Positions 48,081 through 58,077 are shown, counted from the stretch's first letter. The stretch: 64,000 bases of DNA from a bacterium (GCA_021814695.1 JAKAHY010000001.1:45278-109277), one strand, 5' to 3'. Numbers and translations: made by a program. Notes: generated from the sequence alone by a model not told the origin.

Positions 48081-48595
48081 TGATTCTTTTTAATAATCAA
48101 TTTAATAAAAAGACCTATCAAATTATAGCTTCTGTGACGATTGCTGTAATTTTGATCTTGGGATTCTTGGTGTTAGGTAATTACTTTTCTGAAGTAATGC
48201 TAATAGTTAGTTTTATTGTTTTTGGTATTTTACTTTTATTTTTTACGATCGCTGCCGGTCTGGCTGTTTTGAAAGCTCTGTTTTATGTGGCAGCAGAAAT
48301 TTCTCTGTTAATATATTTGTCTAAATCATATTGTGAAGTACCCGCTTCCAAACTGACGCTCGCTAGCAATAATGCACTAAAGAGTCTGCTAGTTGTTGGT
48401 GGGTTGTATATTGTGATTAGTTTTGGAAAATCTCTGATAGATAAGGTAAAAAGCGACTATAAAAATATTGAAAGTGAAAAGTGGTCCTGGGAAAAAGTAA
48501 CTACGGTAGCTTTCTATTTGTTATTTGCATTTCTGATTGTTTGGCAAATTTATAGAGTAATTGGACCGATAATTGTCAATTTGTGTATATATTAA
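48080..48595 (+). CDS. Hypothetical multi-TM membrane protein
   Basis: 4-5 hydrophobic helices; TAATG overlap with the KAP gene. Confidence 0.75.
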   Translation: MILFNNQFNKKTYQIIASVTIAVILILGFLVLGNYFSEVMLIVSFIVFGILLLFFTIAAGLAVLKALFYVAAEISLLIYLSKSYCEVPASKLTLASNNALKSLLVVGGLYIVISFGKSLIDKVKSDYKNIESEKWSWEKVTTVAFYLLFAFLIVWQIYRVIGPIIVNLCIY

Positions 48596-48639
48596 AAATT
48601 ATTCAGTAAAGGTCATAATTAATAATAAAACAAGACACC

Positions 48640-48936
48640 ATGACTAAATTTCATCCATCTCAAAAATTTACTAAGGTTAACATTGCCAAAGTTCCAAAAA
48701 ACAAAGCCATTATATATAAAATTAAGAGTCAGTCCGGCGACAATATATATACTGGAATTGCTGGACGCAGTCGTCCCCAAGAAAGATTATTAGAACATAA
48801 GAAATTCAAGAAAGATGCAATACCTGGAGGAGTAAAATTCCAGTATGCTCAAGCCAAAACAAAAGCTTTAGCACATAAGATTGAGAAATCAATCATTCGG
48901 AAAGAAAAACCAAGGTTTAATATCCAACACAAATAA
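48640..48936 (+). CDS. Minimal GIY-YIG-like nuclease
   Basis: IIY...IYTG....R..H...E..I....P.FN. Confidence 0.7.
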   Translation: MTKFHPSQKFTKVNIAKVPKNKAIIYKIKSQSGDNIYTGIAGRSRPQERLLEHKKFKKDAIPGGVKFQYAQAKTKALAHKIEKSIIRKEKPRFNIQHK

Positions 48937-48975
48937 AAAGGTCGATATTGATTATTTAATAAATTAAAAACATCA

Positions 48976-49290
48976 ATGGAAATACAAATTAAAAATCTTA
49001 GTGGTACAAGTGACAAAACTTGTACATGTGGCACTTGGTTAGATCATTGGGTAAAGATTAGCGGGAAACCTCTTCCTAATTACTGTTCTATATCCATGTG
49101 TTATCAAAAACCAGAGGTAGGAGCTCACGTTAAGAAAGCCGATCTTCTTAATTTTAGTACCTATATAGTTCCTATGTGCAAAGCATGTAACGCAAAGACT
49201 GAAGTTTTGACTCTTAAAGATTCAGACTTGCTTGTTTCTGCTAATGTGGCAGAAACTTGTGGAAAGCAAAAACCTTTACTTAGGCGGTAA
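48976..49290 (+). CDS. Cys/His-rich protein, possibly an HNH/His-Me finger
   Basis: CTCGTW..HW, C....C, GAHV, IVPMCKACN. Confidence 0.7.
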   Translation: MEIQIKNLSGTSDKTCTCGTWLDHWVKISGKPLPNYCSISMCYQKPEVGAHVKKADLLNFSTYIVPMCKACNAKTEVLTLKDSDLLVSANVAETCGKQKPLLRR

Positions 49291-49503
49291 TTCAAAAACA
49301 TAAATACATAATATTTGCATCGAAAGCGACACGAGAATATCTCATTTTCGTGTCACTTTTGTCACTTTTTGACGCGCTCGAGATACGTTGTTAAATACTC
49401 CAAGATCGCTTAAAATTGGCATTATTGGGTCTAACGGTTAGAAGTTATGTTCACAATTAAATCGCCACCTGAGCGGTTTTTTGATAGAATAAATAATAAA
49501 AAT

Positions 49504-49833
49504 ATGCTCAATATCCACCATCTTTCGTTAAGAAAAAGAATCTATCAAAACTTAGAACAATATCCCCATCCCGATAAGTTTAAAAACTTTATTGATCGTT
49601 TTATATATTTTGTCGGGATGATAAACCCGTTAATGACGTTGCCTCAAATCTGGCAAATTTGGCATTACAAAATAGGAGCCGGGGTATCGCCAATTTCCTG
49701 GTTCGCATATGCATTCACAGGAATAGTCTGGATTGTTTATGGCATTATTCATAAAGAAAAACCGCTTATTGTTCTAAACGGAATAATGACAGTTTTTGAT
49801 ATTGTTATAGCAATTGGGGCAATTATTTACTAA
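49504..49833 (+). CDS. SemiSWEET/PQ-loop transporter (paralog of 39118-39447)
   Basis: TLPQI, AGVS..SW, W..YG..HKEKP. Confidence 0.82.
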   Translation: MLNIHHLSLRKRIYQNLEQYPHPDKFKNFIDRFIYFVGMINPLMTLPQIWQIWHYKIGAGVSPISWFAYAFTGIVWIVYGIIHKEKPLIVLNGIMTVFDIVIAIGAIIY

Positions 49834-49884
49834 ACCCTTGCAAAAAGTTTCAACATTATATTAAACAACCCAGTTCCGTAAAAA

Positions 49885-50991
49885 ATGGATAATAAAGAAA
49901 AAATAAAAATTGAAGATTTGGGGTATGGCCCGTTTTTTGAAGAAAATAAAAATAAGCTTGAACTAAGTGATTTTTCCGTTGCTCGGGTTATTTCCGAACA
50001 CAAAGGAGCGTACAAAGTTAAAAATACAGATGGAAAATATTTTGCCAAAGTAACCGGCAAACAGATATTTAATGCCTTATCCAGAGAAGATTATCCTGCG
50101 GTTGGCGACTGGGTTGCTATAAAAGAAATTGACGATAACCAGGCGGTAATTGCCGGAATATTGCCGAGAAGAACGCTAATCAAAAGAAAATACGGAGATA
50201 GGAATAGAATCGGCGAGAAAAACGAGATTCAAATTATTGCCGCCAATATTGACGTTGCTTTTGTAGTTGAATCGGTTGATAGGGATTATAATCTGAATCG
50301 TTTTGAGAGGTATTTTGCCATCGCAGAAAATGGCGGAGTAAGGCCGGCAATAATACTGAACAAAATTGACCTTCTCTCCGGAGAAGAATTAAATGAAAAA
50401 TTAACTCAGTTAAAAAACAGATTTCCGAGCATTGATATAATTTCAACCAGTATTATAAACAACAAAGGATTGGATGATCTTAAAAGATACATAACCAAGG
50501 GCAAGACATATTGTTTTCTCGGTTCCTCAGGAGTCGGAAAATCATCCTTGATTAATAAATTAATCGGCGAAAATGCCATAAAAACGGGAGATATTAGTTC
50601 CTTTTCGGGCAGAGGAAAACACGTCACCACGGCAAGGCAAATGTATTTTTTAGAAAATGGAGGCATTGTGATTGATAATCCGGGAATGCGTGAGGTTGGT
50701 ATGGCCGATGTGGGCCAAGGAATAGATACATTTTTTGATGATATCACCTCTTTATCTAAAAAATGCAGATACAAGAATTGCACTCATATTCACGAATCCG
50801 GTTGTGAGGTTATTAACGCCGTAAAATCAGGAAAATTGGATAAGGAAAAATATTCCAACTATATAAATCTCAAAAAGGAATCCGAATATTATGAGATGAG
50901 CGACTTGGAAAGAAGAGAAAAAGATCGCCAGTTTGGAAAGTTTATGAAAATAGCTAAAAAGGATTTAAAAAAAATTAGAAATAAAAATTAA
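49885..50991 (+). CDS. rsgA: Ribosome small subunit-dependent GTPase A
   Basis: VGDWV, NKID, GSSGVGKS, GKHVTT, DNPG, CRYKNCTH..E.GC. Confidence 0.95.
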   Translation: MDNKEKIKIEDLGYGPFFEENKNKLELSDFSVARVISEHKGAYKVKNTDGKYFAKVTGKQIFNALSREDYPAVGDWVAIKEIDDNQAVIAGILPRRTLIKRKYGDRNRIGEKNEIQIIAANIDVAFVVESVDRDYNLNRFERYFAIAENGGVRPAIILNKIDLLSGEELNEKLTQLKNRFPSIDIISTSIINNKGLDDLKRYITKGKTYCFLGSSGVGKSSLINKLIGENAIKTGDISSFSGRGKHVTTARQMYFLENGGIVIDNPGMREVGMADVGQGIDTFFDDITSLSKKCRYKNCTHIHESGCEVINAVKSGKLDKEKYSNYINLKKESEYYEMSDLERREKDRQFGKFMKIAKKDLKKIRNKN

Positions 50992-51003
50992 TAGATAAAA
51001 TAT

Positions 51004-51567
51004 ATGAACAAAATAAATAAATTATCTCAGGAACAGCGTCAAAAACTAATTAAAACATTGAAAGCGCGTTTCGATAAAAATATGAACCGACATAAAGGCC
51101 TTCAATGGGATAAAGTACAAGCAAGAATCGAGGCCAGTACAGGAAAGTTGTGGTCACTTAATGAAATGGAAAAAACCGGCGGTGAACCGGATGTGATCGG
51201 TTATGACAAAAAAGCGGGCGGATATATTTTCTACGACTGCTGCGAAGAAACCCCTAAAGGACGTAGAAATATCTGCTATGACCGAAAAGCACTGGAATCA
51301 AGAAAAGAGTTCAAGCCAAAAAATACCGCTATGGATATGGCGGCTGTTATGGGTATAGAAATTTTAACAGAAGAACAGTATCGGGAGTTGCAGAAACTTG
51401 GAAATTTCGATACAAAAACTTCAAGTTGGTTAAAAACACCTCCAGAAATCAGAAAACTCGGTGGAGCTATCTTTGCTGATCGCCGCTACGACCATGTTTT
51501 TGTGTATCACAACGGCGCGTCTTCTTATTATGGCGGCAGAGGATTTCGCGGCTCTATAGAAATTTAG
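51004..51567 (+). CDS. DUF4256-like protein
   Basis: RF.KNMNRH.G..W, ME.TGGEPD, YHNGA.SYY..RGFRG. Confidence 0.82.
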   Translation: MNKINKLSQEQRQKLIKTLKARFDKNMNRHKGLQWDKVQARIEASTGKLWSLNEMEKTGGEPDVIGYDKKAGGYIFYDCCEETPKGRRNICYDRKALESRKEFKPKNTAMDMAAVMGIEILTEEQYRELQKLGNFDTKTSSWLKTPPEIRKLGGAIFADRRYDHVFVYHNGASSYYGGRGFRGSIEI

Positions 51568-51659
51568 ATTTCACATAGAAGCAAACGGCGCTATTATGTA
51601 AAAAGTGTCGCTTTTTTTATTTTAAAAATAATTAGCACACAAAATGCTATATTATAAAT

Positions 51660-51917
51660 ATGTCTTTCTTTGTTTATGTTCTTAGATGTTCCGACAAATC
51701 TCTTTACACGGGAAGCACCAACAATCTTGAGCAAAGGATAAAACAACACAACAATTCAAAATCAGGCGCTCATTATACAAAAATACGCCGGCCGGTAACG
51801 CTTGTTTATTCAGAAAAGCTAAAGACGTTGGCGGATGTGCGACGGCGCGAAAGCGAAATTAAAAGCTGGCCCAGGCAAAAGAAATTGGATTTGATAAAAA
51901 ATAAATCCGGACAATAA
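51660..51917 (+). CDS. GIY-YIG nuclease family protein (UPF0213-like)
   Basis: FVYVLRC.D.SLYTGST..L..R...HN, GA.YT..RRPV. Confidence 0.9.
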   Translation: MSFFVYVLRCSDKSLYTGSTNNLEQRIKQHNNSKSGAHYTKIRRPVTLVYSEKLKTLADVRRRESEIKSWPRQKKLDLIKNKSGQ

Positions 51918-51954
51918 AAAAACCACCCGTAGATCAGGTGGCTTTTTAAAATTT

Positions 51955-52500
51955 TTACCTGGGGTTGGGGTCGATAAGTTTGGACCAATGCGTCATTGTG
52001 GGGCTGAGATATTTATCCACTAATACTTCGCAATCGGAATAAAGTTTTTTGTCTATACTCCACCCTTTTGCTTTGTTTAAGGGCACGGTTTTAAAATTGC
52101 CCTTGGAATCAAAGTATGGAGGAAGCATAACCTGAAAGTAGGGTTTTTCGTTACACCTGATAAGTACCACCGGAGCGTTCCAGAACCTAGCCAGCTTTTC
52201 GAATCTTGCCTTATCATCTTTGGTCGGTTTTCCGTTCCAACGAAACTTAACTTCCACAAATTCCGGAATTCCATATTCATTTACTACTATAAAATCGGGT
52301 ATGGCTCTGATTTTTTCACCGACTTCGGTGTTGGAATCAAAAGCTTCCCCGTATTGGGTAAGATTTTGGACAATTGATTCGTATCCGAACCGATAGACTT
52401 TATTTCCCGAACCTTTGAGCAATTCCTCAACCAAGGATTCGGCCATCCGCCCTTTGAGCATGCTTTCGGTATGATCTTTGTTTGATGTATTTTTTGCCAT
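51955..52500 (-). CDS. Hypothetical PD-(D/E)xK nuclease-like protein
   Basis: AE..VE.L, IPDF, FVEVKFR; start MAKNT. Confidence 0.7.
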   Translation of the reverse strand: MAKNTSNKDHTESMLKGRMAESLVEELLKGSGNKVYRFGYESIVQNLTQYGEAFDSNTEVGEKIRAIPDFIVVNEYGIPEFVEVKFRWNGKPTKDDKARFEKLARFWNAPVVLIRCNEKPYFQVMLPPYFDSKGNFKTVPLNKAKGWSIDKKLYSDCEVLVDKYLSPTMTHWSKLIDPNPR

Positions 52501-52567
52501 GGGAAAATTATACCATATAAAATCCGGACGAAATAAAATGCCCCAAAGACAGGGCAAGGAAAGGCGT

Positions 52568-52753
52568 CTAAATCTTGAGCAGATAGCAAATCAGGGTTGC
52601 CAGCCAAAGAATAATCGGCGGGACAAAGACAATAGGCTTTATGGTCACGGGAAGGCCCGGATCTTTGGTTGAGACAAAAGGATATGCGATAACATGCAGA
52701 AACATATACGCCGTAAAAAGAATGGCCAGAATGCGGAAAATTGTCATTAGCAT
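52568..52753 (-). CDS. Small 2-TM hypothetical protein
   Basis: AGGAGG SD, two hydrophobic segments. Confidence 0.55.
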   Translation of the reverse strand: MLMTIFRILAILFTAYMFLHVIAYPFVSTKDPGLPVTIKPIVFVPPIILWLATLICYLLKI

Positions 52754-52950
52754 TTCTGCCTCCTGGAGCTATTTTGAGTTTATATGAAATACGCACGAAA
52801 TCAACCGAGTACGGATAAATTCATTTCAACTATGGGACTAACTTTGGTATATTAAAAATATGAGTTTTAAAAATACGCTTATCATCGTCGGAGTTTTATT
52901 GTTCATTCTGGCACTGGCAATGTTGGCTCTTTATTTGAATAACGCCTTGA

Positions 52951-53451
52951 ATGCTTAAATTCTATTCCAAAAAAGAACGTGAGATCCGAACATTTTTTGA
53001 TGTCGGGGTAATACTTAAAGGAATTGACGGCATTTTGGAAACAATCGGAGGTGTTTTGCTCTATTTTGTCAGCCGTGATTTTATCGGTAAAATAGTCCTT
53101 ATTCTGACTCAGCACGAATTAATCGAAGACCCCAAAGATTTTTTTGCAAACCTTATCACTCATTCTTTTTCGAATTTCGACCAATATTCCAAAATATTCG
53201 GCTCAATCTATTTATTTTCCCACGGAATTATAAAAATAATTCTGGTTGCGGGACTTTTAAAAAATAAGCTTTGGGCGTACCCTTCGGCAATTATTGTTTT
53301 TTCACTTTTTGTCTTTTACCAGATGTACAGACTGAGTTATTCTTTTTCGATTGCGCTGTTGGCGCTGACAATTTTTGACATTATCATCATAGGCCTTACC
53401 TGGCATGAATACGGATATATTCTAAAAAACAAAAACCGCTCAACCGACTGA
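52951..53451 (+). CDS. DUF2127-like membrane protein
   Basis: KG.DG..E..GG, EL.EDP.D, YL.SHG..K, LT.FD....LTW.EY. Confidence 0.85.
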   Translation: MLKFYSKKEREIRTFFDVGVILKGIDGILETIGGVLLYFVSRDFIGKIVLILTQHELIEDPKDFFANLITHSFSNFDQYSKIFGSIYLFSHGIIKIILVAGLLKNKLWAYPSAIIVFSLFVFYQMYRLSYSFSIALLALTIFDIIIIGLTWHEYGYILKNKNRSTD

Positions 53452-53517
53452 ACCTGAAAAAATCCCCGGACGACCGGGGGTTTTTATAACTTTGCTTACA
53501 AATTCAAGTGTGTGAAA

Positions 53518-55659
53518 TTATTTATTCAGCTCAGCTCTCGTTCCGGGGCCAACATATCCGAAAGAATCAATACCGTGTTGAGTCTGATATTTTTTTACTG
53601 CCGCCTCGGTAAGAGGGCCGTAGTATCCGGTTACCGAACCGGAAAAGAATCCCTCGTCCTTAAGTATCTTCTGAAGCTCGGTAACGTCTTTTCCCGAAGA
53701 ACCTACTCCAAGAAAATTGGAAAACTTATACGAACCGGAGGTGCTGCCAGTTGAACCCGATGATGATGAAGTTCCGGCGATGTTAACGACAACAACATTA
53801 ACGGTCGCGCAAATGCCGTTGGCAGAACATATGTTTATTGAAGACATTCCGGCACTAACCCCCGTAAGAGTCAGTACGCTTCCGGTAAGGCTTGATTTGA
53901 AAATAGAGCCGGAATTTGAAGACAGACCGTATGGAGTGGTTCCCCCTGCTATCATAAGATTAATCCCCTGGCCTACCGAAAGCACCTGAGTAAGCGTCAG
54001 CGCCGATGAAGAGGTGTTTGTGGTGGTAGTGCCCGATCCCGTGGTTGATGTTCCTCCGGTTACCGTTACCGGCAATATGGCGCACTGGCCAAAACTCTGG
54101 CAAACCGTAATATTTGTCGTTCCGGCACTAACTCCGGTTACGGCTACAAAACCCCCGTTTATCAGAGCTGTGGCTATTGAAGGAGAGGTGTTACTGGAAA
54201 TATAGTAGCTGCCCGAACCGGGAAGAGATGAATTTGCAGTCTGACCGACCGGAATTGTAAGAGATGGCGGGTTGGGAGCAAAAGTAGTTCCCGACGACGA
54301 GCCCGTGACGGTAACATAAAGTATTGAACACTGCCCTCCTGTCTGACAGACGGTTATATTTGTCGTTCCAACCGAAGTTCCGCCAACATTGATAGTACTG
54401 CCGGTAACCGACGCAGTAGCAACATTGGAATTACTGTTGTTTTGGATGTAATAACTGCCGGCTCCCGAAGCAATAACGCTTATAGTCTGGCCCACGGTCA
54501 GGCTTGCGGTTGTTTGGCTCAAAGATATGGAAGTTCCGGCGGTTGCAACGGTTACGTTAATCAATCCGCAACCTCCGGTCGAGGTGCATACGGTAACAAC
54601 CGAAGAGCCGACTGCATTTCCGGTAAGAGTCAAAGTGTTGCCGACAACATTCGTCTGAACCACATTTGTATTTGTATTTGACGAAACATAATACGAACCG
54701 GAACTGCCGCTGAGAGTTACGGACGAAACTTGTCCGGGTATCAAAGACGGATTGCTCTGGCTGAAAGTAACAGAAGATGTGCTGGCAGAAGAAGCTGTTG
54801 CGTTAATAACTCCGCAAGAGCTCATATTCGAAGAACAAACGGTTATAACCGCCGAACCGCTATTACTGCTTCCGTACAAATTAACCGCGCTTCCGTTGAT
54901 TGATGCTTGTATAACAGTCGGACTGGAGTTGGTTACAACGGAATATGAACCCGTTCCGCCCCCTATCGTGACCGAAACGTTCTGTCCGTAAGGAACGGTT
55001 ACGTTACTCTGGCTGAAAGTTATCGGCTGCACGCTTGAACTCTGAACCGTTATCGTGAAGCTCGCGCAGTTTGTCGTATTAGCAAGCGAACACACATTTA
55101 CGGTAGTTGAGCCGGCTAAATTGGCCGTTATGGAAATTGTGTTGCCGCTGATGGTTATGTTTGCCACCGAAGGGCTTGAATTGCTGGATAAGAACAAAGA
55201 GCTTGCAGAATTATTATTTGCCGTAATCGATGCCGACTGTCCGACGTTCATAGTCAGACTCGTCTGGCTGAGAGACAATGCCGATGATCCGGTTGTCGTA
55301 GTAGATGTATACGGCCACGTCTGTGATCCGGAGCGTTGGTTATTGACCGTTACCGCAAACAAACTTCCCGGATAAATTCCGTATGCCGAAGTGCTTATTG
55401 TTGCCGAGAAATTTCCGCTGGAATCGGTATTTCCCAAAACACTGCTTTGGACAACGCTGGCGGTGTTCATATAATTCAAAACCACCACCGAACTGGCATC
55501 ACCGTTGATACTTATAAGAACATTATCACCCGTGCCCGTGACCGATGCCGTAAAAGACGGGGTCATAGCATAAACGCTTTGGGCAAAAACCAAGACCGAC
55601 CCGGCGCCGATAACTAAAGCGCCGAAAAATAATATTTTTTTGTAAAAAGTGTTTCTCAT
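53518..55659 (-). CDS. Ser/Thr-rich surface protein with about six Cys-paired Ig-like repeats and a C-terminal peptidoglycan-binding domain
   Basis: Signal peptide; repeated SQ...L..GQ.../G.T.ITVC....C; GSSG.DV..LQ..L...G.YG..T.AAV..YQ. Confidence 0.85.
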   Translation of the reverse strand: MRNTFYKKILFFGALVIGAGSVLVFAQSVYAMTPSFTASVTGTGDNVLISINGDASSVVVLNYMNTASVVQSSVLGNTDSSGNFSATISTSAYGIYPGSLFAVTVNNQRSGSQTWPYTSTTTTGSSALSLSQTSLTMNVGQSASITANNNSASSLFLSSNSSPSVANITISGNTISITANLAGSTTVNVCSLANTTNCASFTITVQSSSVQPITFSQSNVTVPYGQNVSVTIGGGTGSYSVVTNSSPTVIQASINGSAVNLYGSSNSGSAVITVCSSNMSSCGVINATASSASTSSVTFSQSNPSLIPGQVSSVTLSGSSGSYYVSSNTNTNVVQTNVVGNTLTLTGNAVGSSVVTVCTSTGGCGLINVTVATAGTSISLSQTTASLTVGQTISVIASGAGSYYIQNNSNSNVATASVTGSTINVGGTSVGTTNITVCQTGGQCSILYVTVTGSSSGTTFAPNPPSLTIPVGQTANSSLPGSGSYYISSNTSPSIATALINGGFVAVTGVSAGTTNITVCQSFGQCAILPVTVTGGTSTTGSGTTTTNTSSSALTLTQVLSVGQGINLMIAGGTTPYGLSSNSGSIFKSSLTGSVLTLTGVSAGMSSINICSANGICATVNVVVVNIAGTSSSSGSTGSTSGSYKFSNFLGVGSSGKDVTELQKILKDEGFFSGSVTGYYGPLTEAAVKKYQTQHGIDSFGYVGPGTRAELNK

Positions 55660-55744
55660 ACAATAATTATAGACCAATATAAATAAAAAGAAACCTTAAT
55701 TATGTGAATCTAATTATATATACGATAACAAAGCCAAAATGGCT

Positions 55745-56038
55745 TTAATTTATATGCCCAATTGTTCTTTTATCGGAGATCTTTGAAAACTTTACGGCAA
55801 GATATGCACCCACCGCATTACCCAGGGCATACGTGGCTATGAGCAAAATACCGGAATCCGGAGTGAGATTTGATAGAATTCCGTAAAGAATTGTCAGATT
55901 AATAAGTGTGATAAAAAAAGAAAAAAATGCCGTTAATCCAGCCCTTTTTTTGGAAATAAGCTGATAATAGAGAGTTATCACAATGTCCTGAAGGACTCCT
56001 GCCCCGAAATATATTAAATAAATCCAGTAATTTTCCAT
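55745..56038 (-). CDS. Small membrane protein
   Basis: 3 TM; YALGNAVG.Y motif. Confidence 0.65.
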   Translation of the reverse strand: MENYWIYLIYFGAGVLQDIVITLYYQLISKKRAGLTAFFSFFITLINLTILYGILSNLTPDSGILLIATYALGNAVGAYLAVKFSKISDKRTIGHIN

Positions 56039-56129
56039 ATTTTATCTATTATACCAATAAATGCCGGTGTCTTACAATAAATATCAACAAAAAACCTCCC
56101 ACATTGTAGGAGGTTTTTTGGATAATAAC

Positions 56130-56933
56130 TTACTGCTGGGAACTTGTAGCAGTAGACGTAGCGCTTGTAGGATTTACACTACTCATTTGTTTCAGATCTT
56201 TAACCATTTGTCCGGCATCTTTTCTTGCAGCAACAAAATCCTGCTGAGCTTTCTGAATCATACCCCTGGCATCTTTCATGGCCTGGGTATTTGAATCCAT
56301 AATAGTCTTATCCCCATTATCAGGCTGAAGTCCTGATACTTTGTCTATTGCCCCTTGGGCCTGAATTTTTGCGTCGGCAACTTTGGAATTAAAGTCCGAG
56401 ATAAGAGTCTGAAGCGTTGAAACATCTTTCCCCGCCGAAATCTCGGCCGTGATTCTTTCCTGAAGTTTCTGAGCCAAAGAATTCATCGTATCGACTATTG
56501 CAAGCGCTCTGTCGGCCGCAGCCATCAATGCACTCTGTGGAATTACCAGTGCATATATGCGATACGACTTTGTAATTGACTGGACATCCTCGCGAAGAGT
56601 TGTGGTGTCGGTATCGCCGTCAATTTTCAACTTTAACTGGTTAAGAACCTGTATTTGGTTTTGAACCGTGTTCTGCAATGTATTTCTTTCCGGATCCGAT
56701 AATTTCTTAACCTCCTGAAGCCTGAGGTTAAGAGCATCAAGTCTTTGGACCCTTCTGTCTATTTCCTGATTTGCTCTGTTGATTGTCCGGCTTTCGTTAA
56801 CTTTCAGTGCTTTGGCGCCAGGAGATGATCCTGCTGCCGTAGGACCTTGAGCCATAACCGGAAGCGCAACAATCGCGGAGATGGCCATGACCCCAACCAA
56901 AAGCATTGCCGCCCGTTTTCCTTTCTGAATCAT
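56130..56933 (-). CDS. Secreted coiled-coil protein
   Basis: Signal peptide followed by long helical repeats. Confidence 0.75.
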   Translation of the reverse strand: MIQKGKRAAMLLVGVMAISAIVALPVMAQGPTAAGSSPGAKALKVNESRTINRANQEIDRRVQRLDALNLRLQEVKKLSDPERNTLQNTVQNQIQVLNQLKLKIDGDTDTTTLREDVQSITKSYRIYALVIPQSALMAAADRALAIVDTMNSLAQKLQERITAEISAGKDVSTLQTLISDFNSKVADAKIQAQGAIDKVSGLQPDNGDKTIMDSNTQAMKDARGMIQKAQQDFVAARKDAGQMVKDLKQMSSVNPTSATSTATSSQQ

Positions 56934-56956
56934 ATGTTAATTTAAAAATAATTTAA

Positions 56957-57247
56957 TTATTGACCTTGAACTATGGGCTGATCGTTTAACCCCTGATCGA
57001 TGCTGGCCGAATCGGAGCTTAAGCCGCTCAGTTGGCTATCGATTGTCTGTAAACTTTGGTCTAAAGCCGTGTTTGAATTCCCCTGCGGTAATACAGACGA
57101 GCTTGTTCCGGAAGTTGACGTAGCGGAATAAGGCGACTGCTCAGGAGCGGCCGGAGAGCCCGCTTGCCACTGGCTATACCACCAGATTAATCCGACAACA
57201 ACTATTATTGCGATAATCCAAAAAATAACTTTTGATTTTGATGTCAT
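56957..57247 (-). CDS. Small membrane-anchored protein
   Basis: N-terminal TM, Ser-rich linker. Confidence 0.7.
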   Translation of the reverse strand: MTSKSKVIFWIIAIIVVVGLIWWYSQWQAGSPAAPEQSPYSATSTSGTSSSVLPQGNSNTALDQSLQTIDSQLSGLSSDSASIDQGLNDQPIVQGQ

Positions 57248-57322
57248 TGATTTGTTTTTGCAATATGTTTTAGACGACCTTTTCGGTTCTAAATAATTTC
57301 AGCGTTTCTTAAAATAAGAGAT

Positions 57323-58066
57323 CTATCCCAGCCTGATATCTTTCTGAATTGATTTTCTGTAGGGCTTTCCGGTAAATGTGACCCAGAGATAATCCGCGCT
57401 TGCATTAAAAGCAGTCATCAAAATACCTTCGGCCTTAAGCCGTCTGGCGGAGGTATGTATCGGAAGTTTTGAAGTAAATTTCACCCTGCCCACCTTACCG
57501 ATTCGTTTTGCAACATCAATATCTTCCCCGAAAAAATTAAGGTCCATATTATATCCCCCTATTTTTTCCAAAGCCTCCCTGCGTAAAACAAAATTTCCTC
57601 CCTGAAGCATTGTTCCTTTTTTCATAACCTTCTGATTGAAAGCGTTGCCCATCGTTCCCACAAGAAAAAAAGTTTTTACCATAATATTAGTCAGCTTGGG
57701 AAGATCATAATAAATAAACGGGCCGCTTAAGGCGACCAAATCATCATTATTTGAAAACTCGTTTATAACGCGGTCAATCCATCCGTCCAGAAGTATCGTG
57801 TCCGCATCAAGGTTTGCAATCAACTCCCCTTTTGAAGCTTTAAATCCGGCCTGTCTGGCAGGAACAAGTCCTTTTTTGGTTTCGTTGACTACTTTGACTC
57901 CCTTAAACGATTCAGCAATCTCTTTGGTTTTGTCCGTGCTGGCATTATTAACAACGATAATTTCGGTATCGTAATCCCCTCTTTCTATTTGAGACAAAAC
58001 AGAATCGAGGCATTTACCAATATAAGCCTCTTCATTATAGGCCGGGATGACAAAGCTTAATTTCAT
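57323..58066 (-). CDS. Glycosyltransferase family 2
   Basis: IPAYNEE, NNASTD, DAD, GED, TSARR. Confidence 0.92.
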   Translation of the reverse strand: MKLSFVIPAYNEEAYIGKCLDSVLSQIERGDYDTEIIVVNNASTDKTKEIAESFKGVKVVNETKKGLVPARQAGFKASKGELIANLDADTILLDGWIDRVINEFSNNDDLVALSGPFIYYDLPKLTNIMVKTFFLVGTMGNAFNQKVMKKGTMLQGGNFVLRREALEKIGGYNMDLNFFGEDIDVAKRIGKVGRVKFTSKLPIHTSARRLKAEGILMTAFNASADYLWVTFTGKPYRKSIQKDIRLG

Positions 58067-58077
58067 AATTTGGGTTT

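Larger units (their letters stand above)
44168..49380 (+). mobile_element. Probable tRNA-Gln-associated genomic island remnant (no integrase seen)
   Basis: Directly downstream of a tRNA; degenerate tRNA 3' repeat at 44334-44353; visibly AT-rich, CCGG-poor and CTAG-rich genes; right boundary approximate. Confidence 0.6.

Noticed and set aside
49429-49438. GTCTAACGGT match to the tRNA-Gln D-arm as a possible attR
   Set aside because: Only 10 bp and from the 5' half of the tRNA, so compatible with chance
52860-52958. 32-aa hydrophobic ORF overlapping the DUF2127 start
   Set aside because: Too short to support from sequence alone
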